A stretch of DNA of 64,000 nucleotides from Pristiophorus japonicus (taxonomy: Eukaryota): positions 151,218,001 through 151,282,000 of the forward strand of contig NC_091979.1 in NCBI RefSeq assembly GCF_044704955.1, written 5' to 3'. This document shows positions 24,331 to 37,430 of the stretch, in pieces. Within the stretch, counting starts at the first letter, position 1, and each line of letters starts with the position of its first letter. A program made the translations under genes and the position numbers. The notes beneath the pieces are model-generated. The model was given only the letters and a program-made list of their open reading frames with translations, was not told the origin of the DNA and made no database searches.

Positions 24331-26253
24331 GTCGTTGATCAATCAAAAGTTTTGTACGGAAGTCTTTCTCACAACTGCTAGCGCTGCCACTAGTGGCATA
24401 GGTACTGTAGATGCCTAGTTCTTTAGCATCAGATGTGTTTACTTCAAGATTGTGAACTCCTTTTTTATTGTCGCTGCCTTGCATGGTTCTTACTTCCTGC
24501 TTTAGATCTAGCTCTGCAGCCTGTTGAAATATGGCCGTGTTGCTGGCAGTGAAATTCACTGAACTGCTCTCACCGACATGCTTTTGACTCGGTCTCATTG
24601 CTTTAAGTTTGGCGGTGGCTTTGTGACTGTGGACCTCAGATGCATTAGTTGGACGGAGTTCCCCAGCATTCTTAGATGCCATCTCCATAGATAGGGCAAT
24701 TTTGCATGCTATGTCAAATGTTAGGTTTGGAGTGTTCAGTAACTTGGACTGTGTGCACTCATTCAACAGTCCACACATAAACTTATCACGCAATGCACAA
24801 TCCAAAAATGTCCTGAAATTAAAATGCAAAGACAGGTTCTTAAGAGCTACAATGTATTCTGATGTTTTCACTTTGATTTTGGTTTCTGGTACAAAACTTG
24901 TAGCTCTCTGCTATTTCTAACGACTTTGGGTACTCGAGTTTCACGACAACGTCTTCAAATGATGCATCCTTTACTTTCCCTGACACAAAAAGATTTGTCA
25001 ATATTCCGCAGCTATCTGGCCCAATCTCCTTTCGAAAAATTGCTATTTTCCATTCATGAATTACTTTATTTTGAGCTTGGACATTCTCATCTGCACCTTT
25101 AGTCTCAATAATGTTATTGACCTTAAAAAACATCTCCATCCACTCAATGTAAGAAATGAATGGTTTGCGAGCTCAGTCATACAGCCGAGGCTTCTGATGA
25201 ATCCCACAGACACGGTCGTGATTGTCCCGATCCCGTCAAATAATGATTCAGCCGCTACCTGTGTACATGTGCGAATCAACATCACTGCTGCTGTGTATAC
25301 ATACATGCAAAGGCGAAGCACAGACCATTCTGCATGAGCATTAATGGTAAAATATCACAAAAATTCAGTTTAAGTGTCACAAGTTCACTTAAACTTATTT
25401 ACTCAAAGATTGAATACTGTGTCCTTCCATGATCCCTAAACATGGCTTTGGGATCCCATCATCATCTCCAAATTGTAATATACTTGGGTAGAACAGAGGT
25501 CACGATGAGTTGCTAGTTCATGTGCTTGTTTATTAGGCCACAGCAAGTTGAACTTGCTCATAAAAAACGACGTGATAATACATTAGATCCACATCATTAA
25601 GATACATCAAAAAGAGCAGTTGTCCTAATACACTATTCTATACTTTCATCCAGTCTGAAAAATAACCGTTCATGAGTGAAAGCGAAGGTATTGGAAAATT
25701 AGAATAGACTGTCTCTCTTTTTCTCTCATTCGGAAGTAAAACGTAAGCAGTTGATATTTACTTTCCTTTGAAAGATGAAAAAGCTTCAAAAATTTATCTT
25801 TCTGCACTTTTTCAAATCATTTGGAAAAACAAACTGATAAATACTGTTTTTAGTTCAGGATATATTCACCCCGATGCACTCAGCAAAATAAATAAAACTT
25901 TACATAAACAATTATTATTTTTGAATATAAATAAAATGAAGTATGTTTGCTCAGATCGCGTATCTCTCTCTCTTTCTGTCTCCTTGACCAACTGTTTATT
26001 TCTCTAAGCAGTCTCTCTCTCTGAAATTAAAAATACCAATTGAAAATAGCTCATAAAAGGTTCTAAAATGTACGGTCCAGCTTGTTTTGAAATTATTTGG
26101 GGAAAAAAAGACTGCATAAGGTATTTTCCATAACAATCTTCTTGGCATGCATAAAGGTAATTAAGCAGTATCGTGCAAGATACAGTCAGTGTGGGGTTGA
26201 GAAATCATGCTGTTTAACTAAAGCTAACAGGATGAGTTTGTCAGAGTTATTCT

Positions 26254-29200
26254 TGTTGTGTATCTGTAAAGCATGCACTCCCATGTTCTGCCACCAGGGA
26301 GCTCATCCCTTGAAGTCTCAAGGGATCCCAGCATCTCTTGGGAGTACTGTATATAAGCCGGCCCCTAAGGCCTGTTCCTCATTCTGGAGTATCTTATTAA
26401 AGCTGAGGTCACTATTACCTTAATCTCCCTGTGTGCAGCCTCATCTATGTTAGGAACACAATAACTGGTGACAAGAATACGAAATCCAACGCAAAGATGC
26501 AGCAAAATGTGGGCATCCTGGACAATTCTCGGAGGGTGAAGACTGGGAAGCCTATGTCGAACGGCTAGACCAATACTTTGTAGCCAACGAGCTGGACGAA
26601 GAAGGAAGCGCTGCAAAAAGTAGAGCGGTCCTCCTCACAGTCTGCGTGGCACCGACCTACAGCCTCATAAAGAATCTTCTGGCTCCGGTGAAACCCACAG
26701 ATAAGTCGTATGAGAAGCTGTGTACACTGGTTCAGGAGCATCATAACCCAAGGGAGAGCGTGCTGATGGCGAGGTATCAGTTCTACACGTGCCAGCGATC
26801 TGAAGGTCAAGAAGTGGTGAGCTACGTCACCGAGCTAAGACGATTTGCAGGACAATGTGAGTTTGATGGCTACCTGGAGCAAATGCTCAGAGATGTTTTT
26901 GTACTGGGCATTGTCCACGAGACCATCCTATGAAAACTTTTGACTGTAGAGACACTGACCCTCAGTAAGGCCATTGTGATAGCACAGGCGTTTATGTCCA
27001 CCAGTTATAACACCAAACAAATCTCTCAGCACATAAGTGCGAGCAATGTTCATAAATTAACTGGAACTGTGTTTGTGAGCAGAAATATACAGGGCAGAAA
27101 CCACGAGTCTGCAACTGCCAGCAGGCCTCAGGTGACCCAAATTACTCAGAGTCCCCAACAAAGAATAAATGCAAGGCAATTCACACCTTGTTGGCGTTGT
27201 GGAGGCTTCCATTCAGCCTATTCATGCCGCTTCAAAGGGTATGTTTGCAAGAGCTGTGGAACAATGGGGCAGCTCCAACGAGCTTGCAAACGAGCTGCAA
27301 GCTCTGCAAAACCTGCTAACCACCACGTGGCAGAGGAAGATTGGTTCATGGTGGATCAAAGCAATTTCGAGCCTCAGAGAGAGGAAGCAGATGCTGAAGT
27401 ACACGGGGTGCATACATTTTCGACGAAATGTCCACCTATAATGCTAAATGTAAAATTGAATGGCTTACCCGTAGTCATGGAACTGGACACTGGCGCTAGC
27501 CAATCCATCATGAGTAAAAAGATGTTTGAGAGATTGTGGTGCAACAAGGCATTCAGACCAGCCCTGAGCCCCATCCACATGAAACCGAGAACGTACACTT
27601 AAAGAGCTTATCACTGTCCTGGGCAGCGCCATGGTCAAGGTCACCTACGAGGGCACGGTGCACGAACTGCCATTCTGGATTGTCCCGGGCGATAGCCCCA
27701 CGCTGCTTGGAAGGAGCTGGCTGGGCAAAATCCGCTGGAACTGGGATGACATCCGAGTGCTATCACATGTCGATGAGGTCTCATGTACCCAGGTTCTTAA
27801 CAAATTTCCTTCCCTTTTTGAGCCAGGCATTGGAAACTTTTCCGGGGTGAAGGTGCGGATCCACGGTCCCAGAGGCACGATCCATTCACCACAAGGCACG
27901 AGCAGTACATCACATGATGAGGGAGAGAGTGGAAATCGAGCTGGACAGGCTGCAACGCGAGGGCATCATCTCCCCAGTGGAATTCAGCGAGTGGGCCAGC
28001 CCGATTGTTCCAGTACTCAAAAGTGATGGCACGGTCAGGATTTGCGGCGATTATAAAGTAACTATTAATCGTTTCTCACTACAGGACCAATACCCGCTAC
28101 CTAAGGCAGACGACCTATTTGCGACGCTGGCAGGAGGCAAGACGTTCACCAAGCTCGACCTGACTTCGGCCTACATGATGCAGGAGCTGGAGGAGTCTTC
28201 GAAGGGCCTCACCTGCATCAACACGCACAAGGGACTGTTCATCTACAACAGATGCCCATTTGGAATTCGGTCGGCTGCAGCGATCTTCCAGAGAAACATG
28301 GAGAGCCTACTCAAGTCGGTACCACACACGGTGGTCTTTCAGGACGACATATTGGTCACGGGTCAGGACACCGCCGAACACCTACAAAACCTGGAGGAGG
28401 TCCTCCAGCGACTGGATCGCGTAGGGCTGCGGCTGAAGAGGTCGACATGCGTCTCATGGCAACAGAAGTGGAATTTTTGGGGAGAAAGATCGCGCCGGAC
28501 GGCATTCGGCCCACAGACACCAAGACAGAGGCTATCAGGAACGTGCCCAGGCCACAGAATGTTACGGAGCTGCGGTCGTTCCTGGGACTCCTCAACTATT
28601 TTGGTAACTTCCTACCGGGGTTAAGCACCCTCTTAGAGCCCCTACATGTGTTATTGCATAAAGGTGAGAACTGGGTATGGGGAAAAAAACAAGTAATTGC
28701 TTTTGAGAAAGCCAGAAACATTTTATGCTCCAACAAGCTGCTTGTATTGTATAACCCGTGTAAAAGACTTGTGCTAGCATGTGACGCGTCGTCGTACGGA
28801 GTCGGGTGTGTATTACAACAAGCTAACGTTGCGGGGAAGTTGCACCCTGTCGCCTATGCTTCCAGGAGCTTGTCTAAGGCCGAGAGAGCCTACAGCATGA
28901 TTGAGAAAGAGGCATTAGCGTGTGTGTTCGGGGTAAAGAAAATGCATCAGTACCTGTTTGGCCTCAAATTTGAGCTGGAAACCGATCACGAGCCCCTCAC
29001 ATCCCTGTTCGCTAAAAACAAGGGGATAAATACTAATGCCTCAGCCCGCATACAAAGGTGGGCACTCGCGCTATCAGCGTATATCTATACCATCCGCCAC
29101 AGGCCAGGCTCTCAGTCGGCTACCATCGCCCACCACGGGGGTGGAAATGGCGCAGCCTGCAAACTTCTTGATGGTGGCGCAGCCCGCAGACTTGTTGATG

Positions 29201-31261
29201 GTCATGGAAGCATTTGAAAATGATATATCACCTGTCACGGCCCGCCAGATTAGGACTTGGACCAGCCAAGATTCTCTGCTGTCCCTAGTAAAAAAACTGC
29301 ATGGGAGCTGGGCCAGCATCCCCGTTGAAATGCAAGAGCCAATCAAGCCGTTCTAGCGGCGAAAGGATGAGCTGTCCATTCAGGCAGACTGCCTGTTGTA
29401 GGGTAACCGCGTAGTGCTACCAAAAAAGGGCAGGGAGATGTTCATCTTGGATCTCCACAGCACACAGCACATAGTAATGATGAAAGCAATATCCAGATGC
29501 CACGTGTGGTGGCCCGGTATCGACTCTGACTTAGAGTCCTGTGTACGGCAATGCAGCGTATGTGCTCAGTTGAGCAACGCGCCCAAAGAGGCACCACTAA
29601 GTTTATGGTCCTGGCCCTCCAGACCATGGTCGAGGATCCATGTCAACTATGCAGGCCCGTTTCTCGGTAAAATGTTCCTGGTGGTGGTGGATGCTTTTTC
29701 AAAATGGATTGAATGTGAAATAATGTCGGGAAGCACCACCACCGCCACCATTGAAAGCCTGAGGGCCATGTTTGCCACCCACGGCCTGCCTGACATACTG
29801 GTCAGTGACAACGGGCCATGTTTCATCAGTGCCGAATTTAAAGAATTCATGACCCACAATGGGATCAAACATGTCACCTCGGCCCCGTTTAAACCAGCCT
29901 TCAATGGGCAGGCAGAGCGGGCAGTACAAACCATCAAACAGAGCCTTAAACGAGTCACAGAAGGCTCACTCCAAACCCGCCTGTCCCGAGTACTGCTCAG
30001 CTACCACACGAGACCCCATTCGCTCACAGGGGTGCCCCCGGCTGAGCTACTCATGAAAAGGACACTTAAAACCAGACTCTCGCTGGTTCACCCCAACCTG
30101 CATGATCAGGTAGAGAGCAGACGTCAACAACAAAATGTAAACGATGGTCGCGCCACTGTGCCTTTTTTTTTATTGTTGCTTTACATGGTCGACCTAAACA
30201 GAGTTGGTGTATTTGGTGACCGCTTTCGTGCCCTCGGAGATTGCGTGTTTGGCCAGTTCCCCCGGCAGCATGAGGCGGATGGCGGTTTGGATCTCCCGGG
30301 CTGAGATGGTGCGCCGCTTGTTGTAGTGAATGATGTGCGAGGCCTCGGAGGCAATGCGCTCGAAGATGTCGTTGACGAAGGAGTTCATCACACTCATGGC
30401 CTTGGAGGTTCGGGTGGAGGGATGAACCTGGGTTAACACTCTGTACACGTAGATGGAGTAGCTCTGCTTGCGGATTTTCCTCCACTTTTTAGGAGCTCTC
30501 TCGCTGATTTTGGTAAGCGACTGTTTCGATACCTTTCTGGACGTGCCCTTGCCCGCCTCTGGCATTGCTGTCGGTTCAATGCGAGCTCTACTCAATGGGA
30601 AATTGATCTGAATGACCCTGTGTATGTGCTAAACTATGGACATGGTCCCAAGTGGATCGCGGGCACGGTGATAGCTAAAGAAGGGAGTAGGGTGTTTGTC
30701 GTCAAATTAGACAATGGACAAATTTGCAGAAAGCACCTGGATCAAATGAGGCTGCGGTTCACAGACTGCCCTGAACAACCCATAGCAGACACCACCTTTT
30801 TCGAGCCCACAACACACACTCAAAGGATCAAAGACACCACCCCGGACCAGGAAATCGAACCCATCACGCCCAACAGCCCAGCAAGGCCAGGCTCACCTAG
30901 CAGCCCTGCAGGGCCAACAACATGCCAGCCCAGCGAGGGCACAGCCAACACACCAGAACAGACATTTGTACCGAGGCGGTCCACCAGGGAAAGAAAGGCT
31001 CCTGACCGCCTCACCTTGTAAATAGTTTTCACTTTAACTTTGGGGGCGGGGGGCGGAGTGATGTTGTGTATCTGTAAAGCATGCACTCCCATGTTCTGCC
31101 ACCAGGGAGCTCATCCCCTGAAGTCCCAAGGGATCCCAGCATCCCTTGGGAGCACTGTATATAAGCCGGCCCCTAAGGCCTGTTCCTCACTTATTAAAGA
31201 CTGAGGTCACTGTTAGTTTAACCTCCCTGTGTGCAGCCTCATCTGTGTTTGGAACACAATA
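26254..31261 (+). mobile_element. Ty3/Gypsy LTR retrotransposon D, full length, decayed
   Basis: LTRs 26254-26463 and 31062-31261, exact TSD ATTCT, PBS TGGTGACAAG, polypurine tract ~31042-31058; gag-PR-RT (FQDD)-RH-IN with stops and frameshifts. Confidence 0.97.
30194..30565 (-). CDS. Histone H2B variant, processed retrocopy with an open 123-aa ORF
   Basis: MPEAGKG...[17 protein letters not shown]...[23 protein letters not shown]...[39 protein letters not shown]. Followed by AATAAA running into A9; the insert 30163-30594 is absent from element A. Expression is unknown. Confidence 0.9.
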   Translation of the reverse strand: MPEAGKGTSRKVSKQSLTKISERAPKKWRKIRKQSYSIYVYRVLTQVHPSTRTSKAMSVMNSFVNDIFERIASEASHIIHYNKRRTISAREIQTAIRLMLPGELAKHAISEGTKAVTKYTNSV

Positions 31262-31504
31262 ATTCTGCATGAATATTCTTTATTGGTGTGCAACAATATG
31301 TCAAGTTACATAGTGTTTAACCTAATCATTCAGAAATCTGCTCTAACCTGGCGATGAGCTGAATCCAAACCACCTTCGCACTATATACTAATTCTGTTTA
31401 ATGTCCATGGTGGTTTTGGATCTATGCGTTTAATATGTCTGCTTCTATGATGGTCAAGGAGCTTTCTATCAATAGACCTTTTATTTGATGGTTTAATGAG
31501 ATTA

Positions 31505-32215
31505 TTCAGCTAATTTTCCTAGCAGTTCAGAGATAAGGGTCCATGTACACAGATCACTAAAAATGTAGTGGCCAGGTACAAAAATAATCAAAACGGCTAA
31601 TGGGATGTTAGCCTTCATAACTACAGGGCCAGAATATAAAGGGGAGGAAGTTTTGCTACAGCTATAACAAAGCCTTGGTTAGACCAGATCTGGAGATCTG
31701 GGCATCGGACCTTGAAAGGATATATTGGCCTTGGAAGTAGTGCAGCGCAGATTCACCAGTATGTTACGATGGCTTTAAGGGTTAGATTATGTGGAGAGAT
31801 TACATAAACTGGATTGTATTCCTTGGAATATAGGTCAAAGGGTGATTTGATTGAGGTTCTTAGGATTTTGAAAGGAATCTATAAGGTAGATAGCGAGAAG
31901 CGTTTTCTGCTGGTGGGGGAATCTAGGACAAGGGGACATAACCTTAAAATTAAAGTCAGGCCATTCAGAAGAGAACATAGGAAACACTTTTTCACACAAA
32001 GGGTGGTAGAAATGTGGAACTCTGTCCCACAAAAACCAGCAGATGCTATCTATTATTAATTTTAAAACTGAGATCGATTAATTTTTGCTAGACAAAGGTA
32101 GAACAGGATACGGAGCCAATACAAATGGATGGCATTAAGGTACAGATCAGCCATGATTTCATTGAATGGCAGAACATGCTCGAGGAGCTGAATGGCCTAC
32201 TCCTATTTTTGTATG
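31505..32215 (+). mobile_element. Old CR1 LINE 3' fragment
   Basis: GESRTRGHNLK...FFTQRVVEMWNS and the CR1 3' UTR (GAATGGCCTACTCCT). Confidence 0.85.
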
Positions 32216-33479
32216 AATTTCCCTCTTTCTCATTCTACCTTACATACATATTTTAACTAACTTTCAATTCTAACAATCAGAGTGTTATGGATTCTGTAGT
32301 CCAAATTCCCGAGCCTTAATTTATAAACCAACCTCTAATATTAGTTATCAATAATGTTAAAAGGTTACTCATTGCCTATTGATATTATTTAGTTATGCTC
32401 CAAAACAAGGGTGCTGTGCAAATCCTTTGAATTTCATGTGCTCAATGTCATATGCTTATATAAATCATAAAAATATCAATAATGTTGAACAGCTAAAACT
32501 GTTACTGTAGCTTTGAATACTATCTCACAAAGCAAATATGACTCATCCATTTCCTCAGAGGAAGTTTTTCCTTATAAACAATGCTATAACTTTTCACTGT
32601 CTAAAGCAAGTCAAAGAGCTGCAGTGGAACACTATGGAAACAATATGTCCCTGAATTTCTTCAAGGATTTCACTGGACTTCTGTCATATCTCTGGCAGAA
32701 CCCACCGGAAAAGGCAGTGACGTGGTTATGTCAGATCCCCGCCAGTTCAGGATTTTCTAATCAGATTTGCAATGCACCCCTTAAAAGCCTATGACGTCAA
32801 GGCGACAGAACCAGGGTGGTGACTTTATGTTTGGAATTCCCACTTCCCTAGCTTAGTCGAGCATACCGGCCTTCAGAAAAGCACAAGTGGGCTCAACTGG
32901 AAAGGGAGGTGGTGGGGGGAGGGTTTGGCGTGAACCCCAGAAGAAAGGTAAATTTCTTCATTTTAAAATAATTTGGATCGGCCTTCCTATACAAGGGCTA
33001 CGGTGGCACTATGGTGTTGGCGGGGGTGGGGAGGGCGTAAGGGGGGGCTTTGTACCCCATCAATAGATTTTCCAGTTGCATTGGGCAGGCAGGTGCCAGA
33101 AATGTGCCCGTAGTGGCATGCATTTTTCACGCCTTTCCATTGACCCCTCAAATTTTAATGGGGCAGTGTTGGAGGACATTGGCAAATCTTACACTTAGCA
33201 TAATTGCCAGGATATGGACTCACAGATTTTCAGAGCCTTTAAAATCTTCCTGTAAGGAAGCTGCTAGCCCAGAAATAAGTAAGGCATCAGGTAAGTTACT
33301 CTTTGCAGATCATCTGATAGAAAATGTACTTTGAATACTATTATATTATACTACCAGATGGAACACTGTCATGAAAAGTAATAGAATCAGCATATTGCCC
33401 TGACATACAGTACAGCTCTATTGCACTGACTGCCCATATGCTATTGGTTCTGCCCACCAGAAAATGCACAGTTGGAAGG

Positions 33480-33766
33480 GTCTTCTTTTGGATGAGACAT
33501 TAAACCGAGGTCCCATCTATCCTCTCAGGTGGATCTAAAAGATCCCACGGCACTATTTGCAGAAGAATTCTTTCTTGCCCTGGCCAATATTTATCACTCA
33601 ACCAACACCTAAAATAGATGAACCAGTCATTTATTTAATTGCTGTTTGTGGGGGCTTGCTGTATGCAAAATGGCTGCCACATTTCCTACATTACAATGAC
33701 AACACTTTGAAAGTGCTTCATTAGTTGTAAATCACTTTGGGATATCCTGAAGCAAATCTTTCTTTT
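33480..33766 (+). mobile_element. Deu-domain-type SINE fragment
   Basis: GGATGAGACATTAAACCGAGG...CAGGTGGAT..AAAAGATCCCACGGCACTATTT...CCTGGCCAATATTTAT core; antisense homologue at 36905-37430. Confidence 0.7.
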
Positions 33767-34335
33767 ATCAGGACATAAATTCAGTATATTTCTTGCAGAG
33801 CGTAGTTTCATCATACAGTAATAGATGGAAAACCTTGCCTATTGAGTAGGGAATTATTGGAAATAACTTATTCTACTAACTCCACGGTGCGGTATTAACA
33901 AAAGCAGGGGAAAGCATTGTTGAGGAATCAGCGGTAGATTAACAAATCATTCTTCCAACTCCAGGTCCAACTTGATTACGGACTGCAAGTATGAACATCT
34001 CTCTGGTGGCTGTAAGGGTCCTAAGTAAATTGAGTTTCAGCAGCCTCAATCCAGTTCCTAGTGGTCATAAGTTACCATAAATTGACAATCTCATTTAGCT
34101 ATGCCATACAAAAAGGTGGTTTGAAAAATGGAACTATGCAGACTGGTTCAGTGATAATGCTTTTTAAGGGTAGAGATAAGACATATTGAAGTAGAAAAGA
34201 CTGAGCTTTACCTTAAGCATAGTCTATGCAATGTCTCACCTAAGAGTGCTTGGTATGGACCCATGGACCCAAAACCAGAACAACGTTCTATTCTTCAGTG
34301 TTGACATGCTCATTCTGAGATACACAAAATATCAA

Positions 34336-34369
34336 ATATATAGATATATATATATATATATATATATAT
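34336..34369. repeat. (TA)n microsatellite
   Basis: Seen directly. Confidence 0.95.
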
Positions 34370-34429
34370 TTTAAATTATAATGTTTTGTTGGGGGAAGGT
34401 TTCTCAAAAAACTACAATATGTAAGCAGC

Positions 34430-36210
34430 AATCATAGAAATTTACAACACAGGAGGCCATTTCGGCCCATCGTGTCCAGGCCGACCAACAAAGAGCTATC
34501 CAGCCTAATCACACTTTCCAGCTCTTGGGCCATAGCCCTGTAGGTTCAAGTGCACATCCAAGTACATTTTAAATGTGGTGAGAGTTTCTGCCTCTACCAT
34601 CCTTTCAGGCAGTGAGTTCCAGACTTCCATCACCCTCTGGGTGAAGAAATTTCCCCTCAAATTCCCTCCAAACCATCTGCCAATTATTTTAAATCTATGC
34701 CCCATGGTTGTTGACCCCATTGCTAAGGGAAATAGGTCCATCCTATCCACTCTATCTAGGCCCCTCATAATTTTATACACCTCAATACGGTCTCCCCTCA
34801 GCCTCTGCTGTTCCAAAGAAAACAACCCCAACCTATCCAATCTTTCCTCATAGCTAAAATTCTCCAGTCCAGACAACATCCTCGTAAATCTCCTCTGTAC
34901 CCTCTCTAGTGCAATCACACCTTTCATGTAATGGGGTGACCAGAACTGTACGCAGTCCTCTAGCTGTGGTCTAACTAGTGTTTTATACAGTTCAAGCATA
35001 ACCTCCCTGCTCTTGTATTCTATGCCTAGGCTAATAAAGTATTCCGTATGTCCTCTTAACCACCTTATCTATCTGGCCTGCTACCTTCAGGGATCTGTGG
35101 ACATGCACTCCAAGGTCCCTTTGTTCCTCTACACTTCTCAGTTACCTACCATTTAATGAGTATTCCCTTGGCTTGTTAGCCCTCCCCCAATGCATTACCT
35201 CACATGTCTCCAGATTGAATTCCATTTGCCACTGTTCTGCCCACCTGACCAGTTGATTGATATCTTCCTGCAGTCTACAGCTTTCTTCTTCATTATCAAC
35301 CACACTGCTGATTTTAGTATCATCTGCAAATATCTTAATCATACCCCATACATTCAAGACCAAATCATTGATATATACCACAAAAAGCAAGGGACCCAGC
35401 ACTGAGTCCTGCGGATCCCCCACTGGAAACAGCCTTCCAGTCACAAAAACACCTATCAAACATTACCCTTTGCTTTCTATCTCTGAGCCAATTTTGGATC
35501 CAACTTGCCACTTTGCCTTGGATCCCATGGGCTTTTACTTTTGTGACCAGTCTGCCATGTGGGACATTATCAAAAGCCTTGCTAAAATCCACATACACTA
35601 CATCGAATGCACTACCCTCATCGACCCTCCTGGTTACCTCCTCAAAAAATTCAATCAAGTTAGTCAGACACAATCTTCCCTTAACAAATCCATGCTGACT
35701 GGTTTTGATTAATCCGTGTCTTTCTAAATGAAGATTTATCCTGTCCTCAGAATTTTTTCCAATAATTTCCCCACCACCGAGGTTAGCCTGACTGGCCTGT
35801 AATTACTCGGTCTATCCCTTTCTCCCTTTTTAATCAAAGGTACAACATTAGCAGTCCTCCAGCACCACACCTGTAGCCAAAGAGGATTGAAAAATAATGA
35901 TCAGGGCCACTGCTATTTCCTCTTTTGCTTCTCTCAACAGCCTGGGATACATTTCATTCAGTCCTGGGGATTTATCCGCTTTCAAAGATGCTAAACTCCT
36001 TAATACTTCCTCTCTCATTATATTTATTTCATCTAATATTTCACACTCCTCCCTGATTGCAATGCCTGCATCACCCCACTTTTTTGCGAAAACAGATGCA
36101 AAGTATTCATTAAGAACCATACCCACTTCTTCCGCCTCCACACACAGGTTACCTTTATGGTCTCTAATAGGGCCTACTCTATCATTAGTTATCCTCTTGC
36201 TCTTAAATTG
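34430..36210 (-). mobile_element. 5'-truncated CR1 LINE
   Basis: KSPGLNEMYPR, CLTNLIEFFEEV, DFSKAFD, FADDTK and LYKTLVRPQLE motifs; CR1 tail near 34430. Confidence 0.92.
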
Positions 36211-36904
36211 ATCATTTTTTTTGTATAAACAAATAACTTGATGTTGGTTCCAATTTGCTAATACAAAGTACAATGTCAGCATATTGAACACACTAGACTC
36301 CGAATGGCATAGAAGGAAAAACAGTTGGTGTTAAATTGAATTCATAAGTTTTGTTTAATTTTCTTAAACAAAATTCATTGGTGCAGAAAGTGCTATGATG
36401 TTATGTTGCACAGAATGGGGCACATGGATCATTGAGAGATTCCACACACAGCAAGTTTACAATCTTAACTCTATCAAAAGGAGAACATTGGGAGAGACGT
36501 GTTTATGTTCAGTTGGGTGGGGGTGGAAACTGTTCTAGTGCATCTCCTAGCAGCCAGTTTAGCATTGCCATTAATAGAGATTTCAAAATTAAAAACATAG
36601 GGCTTGTAATTCTGGTCAACACAGTGACAGAATGAGGGAAGATCCGTTGAATGGGACTGGAATTTTTGGCATAACCTAGTCCATTGGTATTCTACTCCAT
36701 GTAAAAAAAAAGCCAGTGAAATTCTAGTGTGGGGGAGGTGGGAGGGTGGGGTGTTTGTCGGGAAAGGAAAGAAGAGAAGAGGGCAAGTGTTCTGCCCTCT
36801 CCTATGTCATGGAGAGTTCCAGGAGTTCTGTCCAGTGCACCCTTTTTAGAGCTGGTTAGTCTTGCTGCTGGGGACATTTAAAAAAAAAATCAAGAAAAAA
36901 AGAA

Positions 36905-37430
36905 AGATTTGTATTTATATAGCGCCTTTCACGACCACCAGACATCTCAAATCGCTTTACAGCCAATTAAGTACTTTTGGAGTATCGTCACTGTTGCACT
37001 GTGGGAAATGCAGCAGTCAATTTGCGCAAAGCAAGCTCCCACAAACAGCTATGTGATAATGACCAGATATTCTGTTTTTGTTTTGTTGATTGAGGGATAA
37101 ATATTGGCCAGGACACCAGGGACAACTCTTCTTCGAAATAGTGCCATGGGATCTTTTACATCCACCTGAGAGTAAACGGGGCCTTGGTTTAATGTCTCAT
37201 CCAAAAGACACTAAATGTCCCACAAGGAACAAAAATTTCTAGATTTGCTAAATTCTGCAGTTTTGTCTGGGAATTTTATGCAACAATTCTGTAAATAGCT
37301 GTCCCAAGGACTCAAGTACTGCATTGGAGTGTCATCTTAAATTTATGTGCTCAAGTCCCTGGAGTGCAACTTGAACCCACAACCTTATGACTCAGATGAA
37401 TGTGCCACCCACTGAGCCACAGCTGACACA
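36905..37430 (-). mobile_element. Deu-domain-type SINE with tRNA-like head and L2-like tail, with an internal 107-bp local duplication
   Basis: Head TGTCAGCTGTGGCTCAGTGGG..GGTTCAAGT (A/B-box-like), core as at 33480, tail AAAGGCGCTATATAAATACAA. Confidence 0.75.

Larger units (their letters stand above)
18482..25587 (-). mobile_element. Older Ty3/Gypsy LTR retrotransposon E with short (~115-120 bp) LTRs, carrying three younger insertions
   Basis: LTRs 18482-18600 and 25474-25587 (TGTAAT...ATTACA/ATTAGA), exact TSD TCCAC, PBS TGGAGATGATGATGGGAT. gag (LRDKFMCGL), PR (IDTAADCS), RT, RH (YDASSYRLGAV) and IN (SDNGPQL, PYHPASN) remnants. Confidence 0.9.

Noticed and set aside
29414-30304. 296-aa ORF that looks like an integrase with a novel C-terminus
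   Set aside because: It is read-through into the antisense strand of the H2B insert, in an element with upstream stops.
30566-30595. N-terminal extension [10 protein letters not shown] on H2B
   Set aside because: It starts at a TTG spanning the insertion junction; the histone-like start is the ATG of MPEAGK at 30565.
33234-33291. Plus-strand exon-like segment (ttttcag...CAG|gtaagt)
   Set aside because: No recognisable protein and no partner exons.
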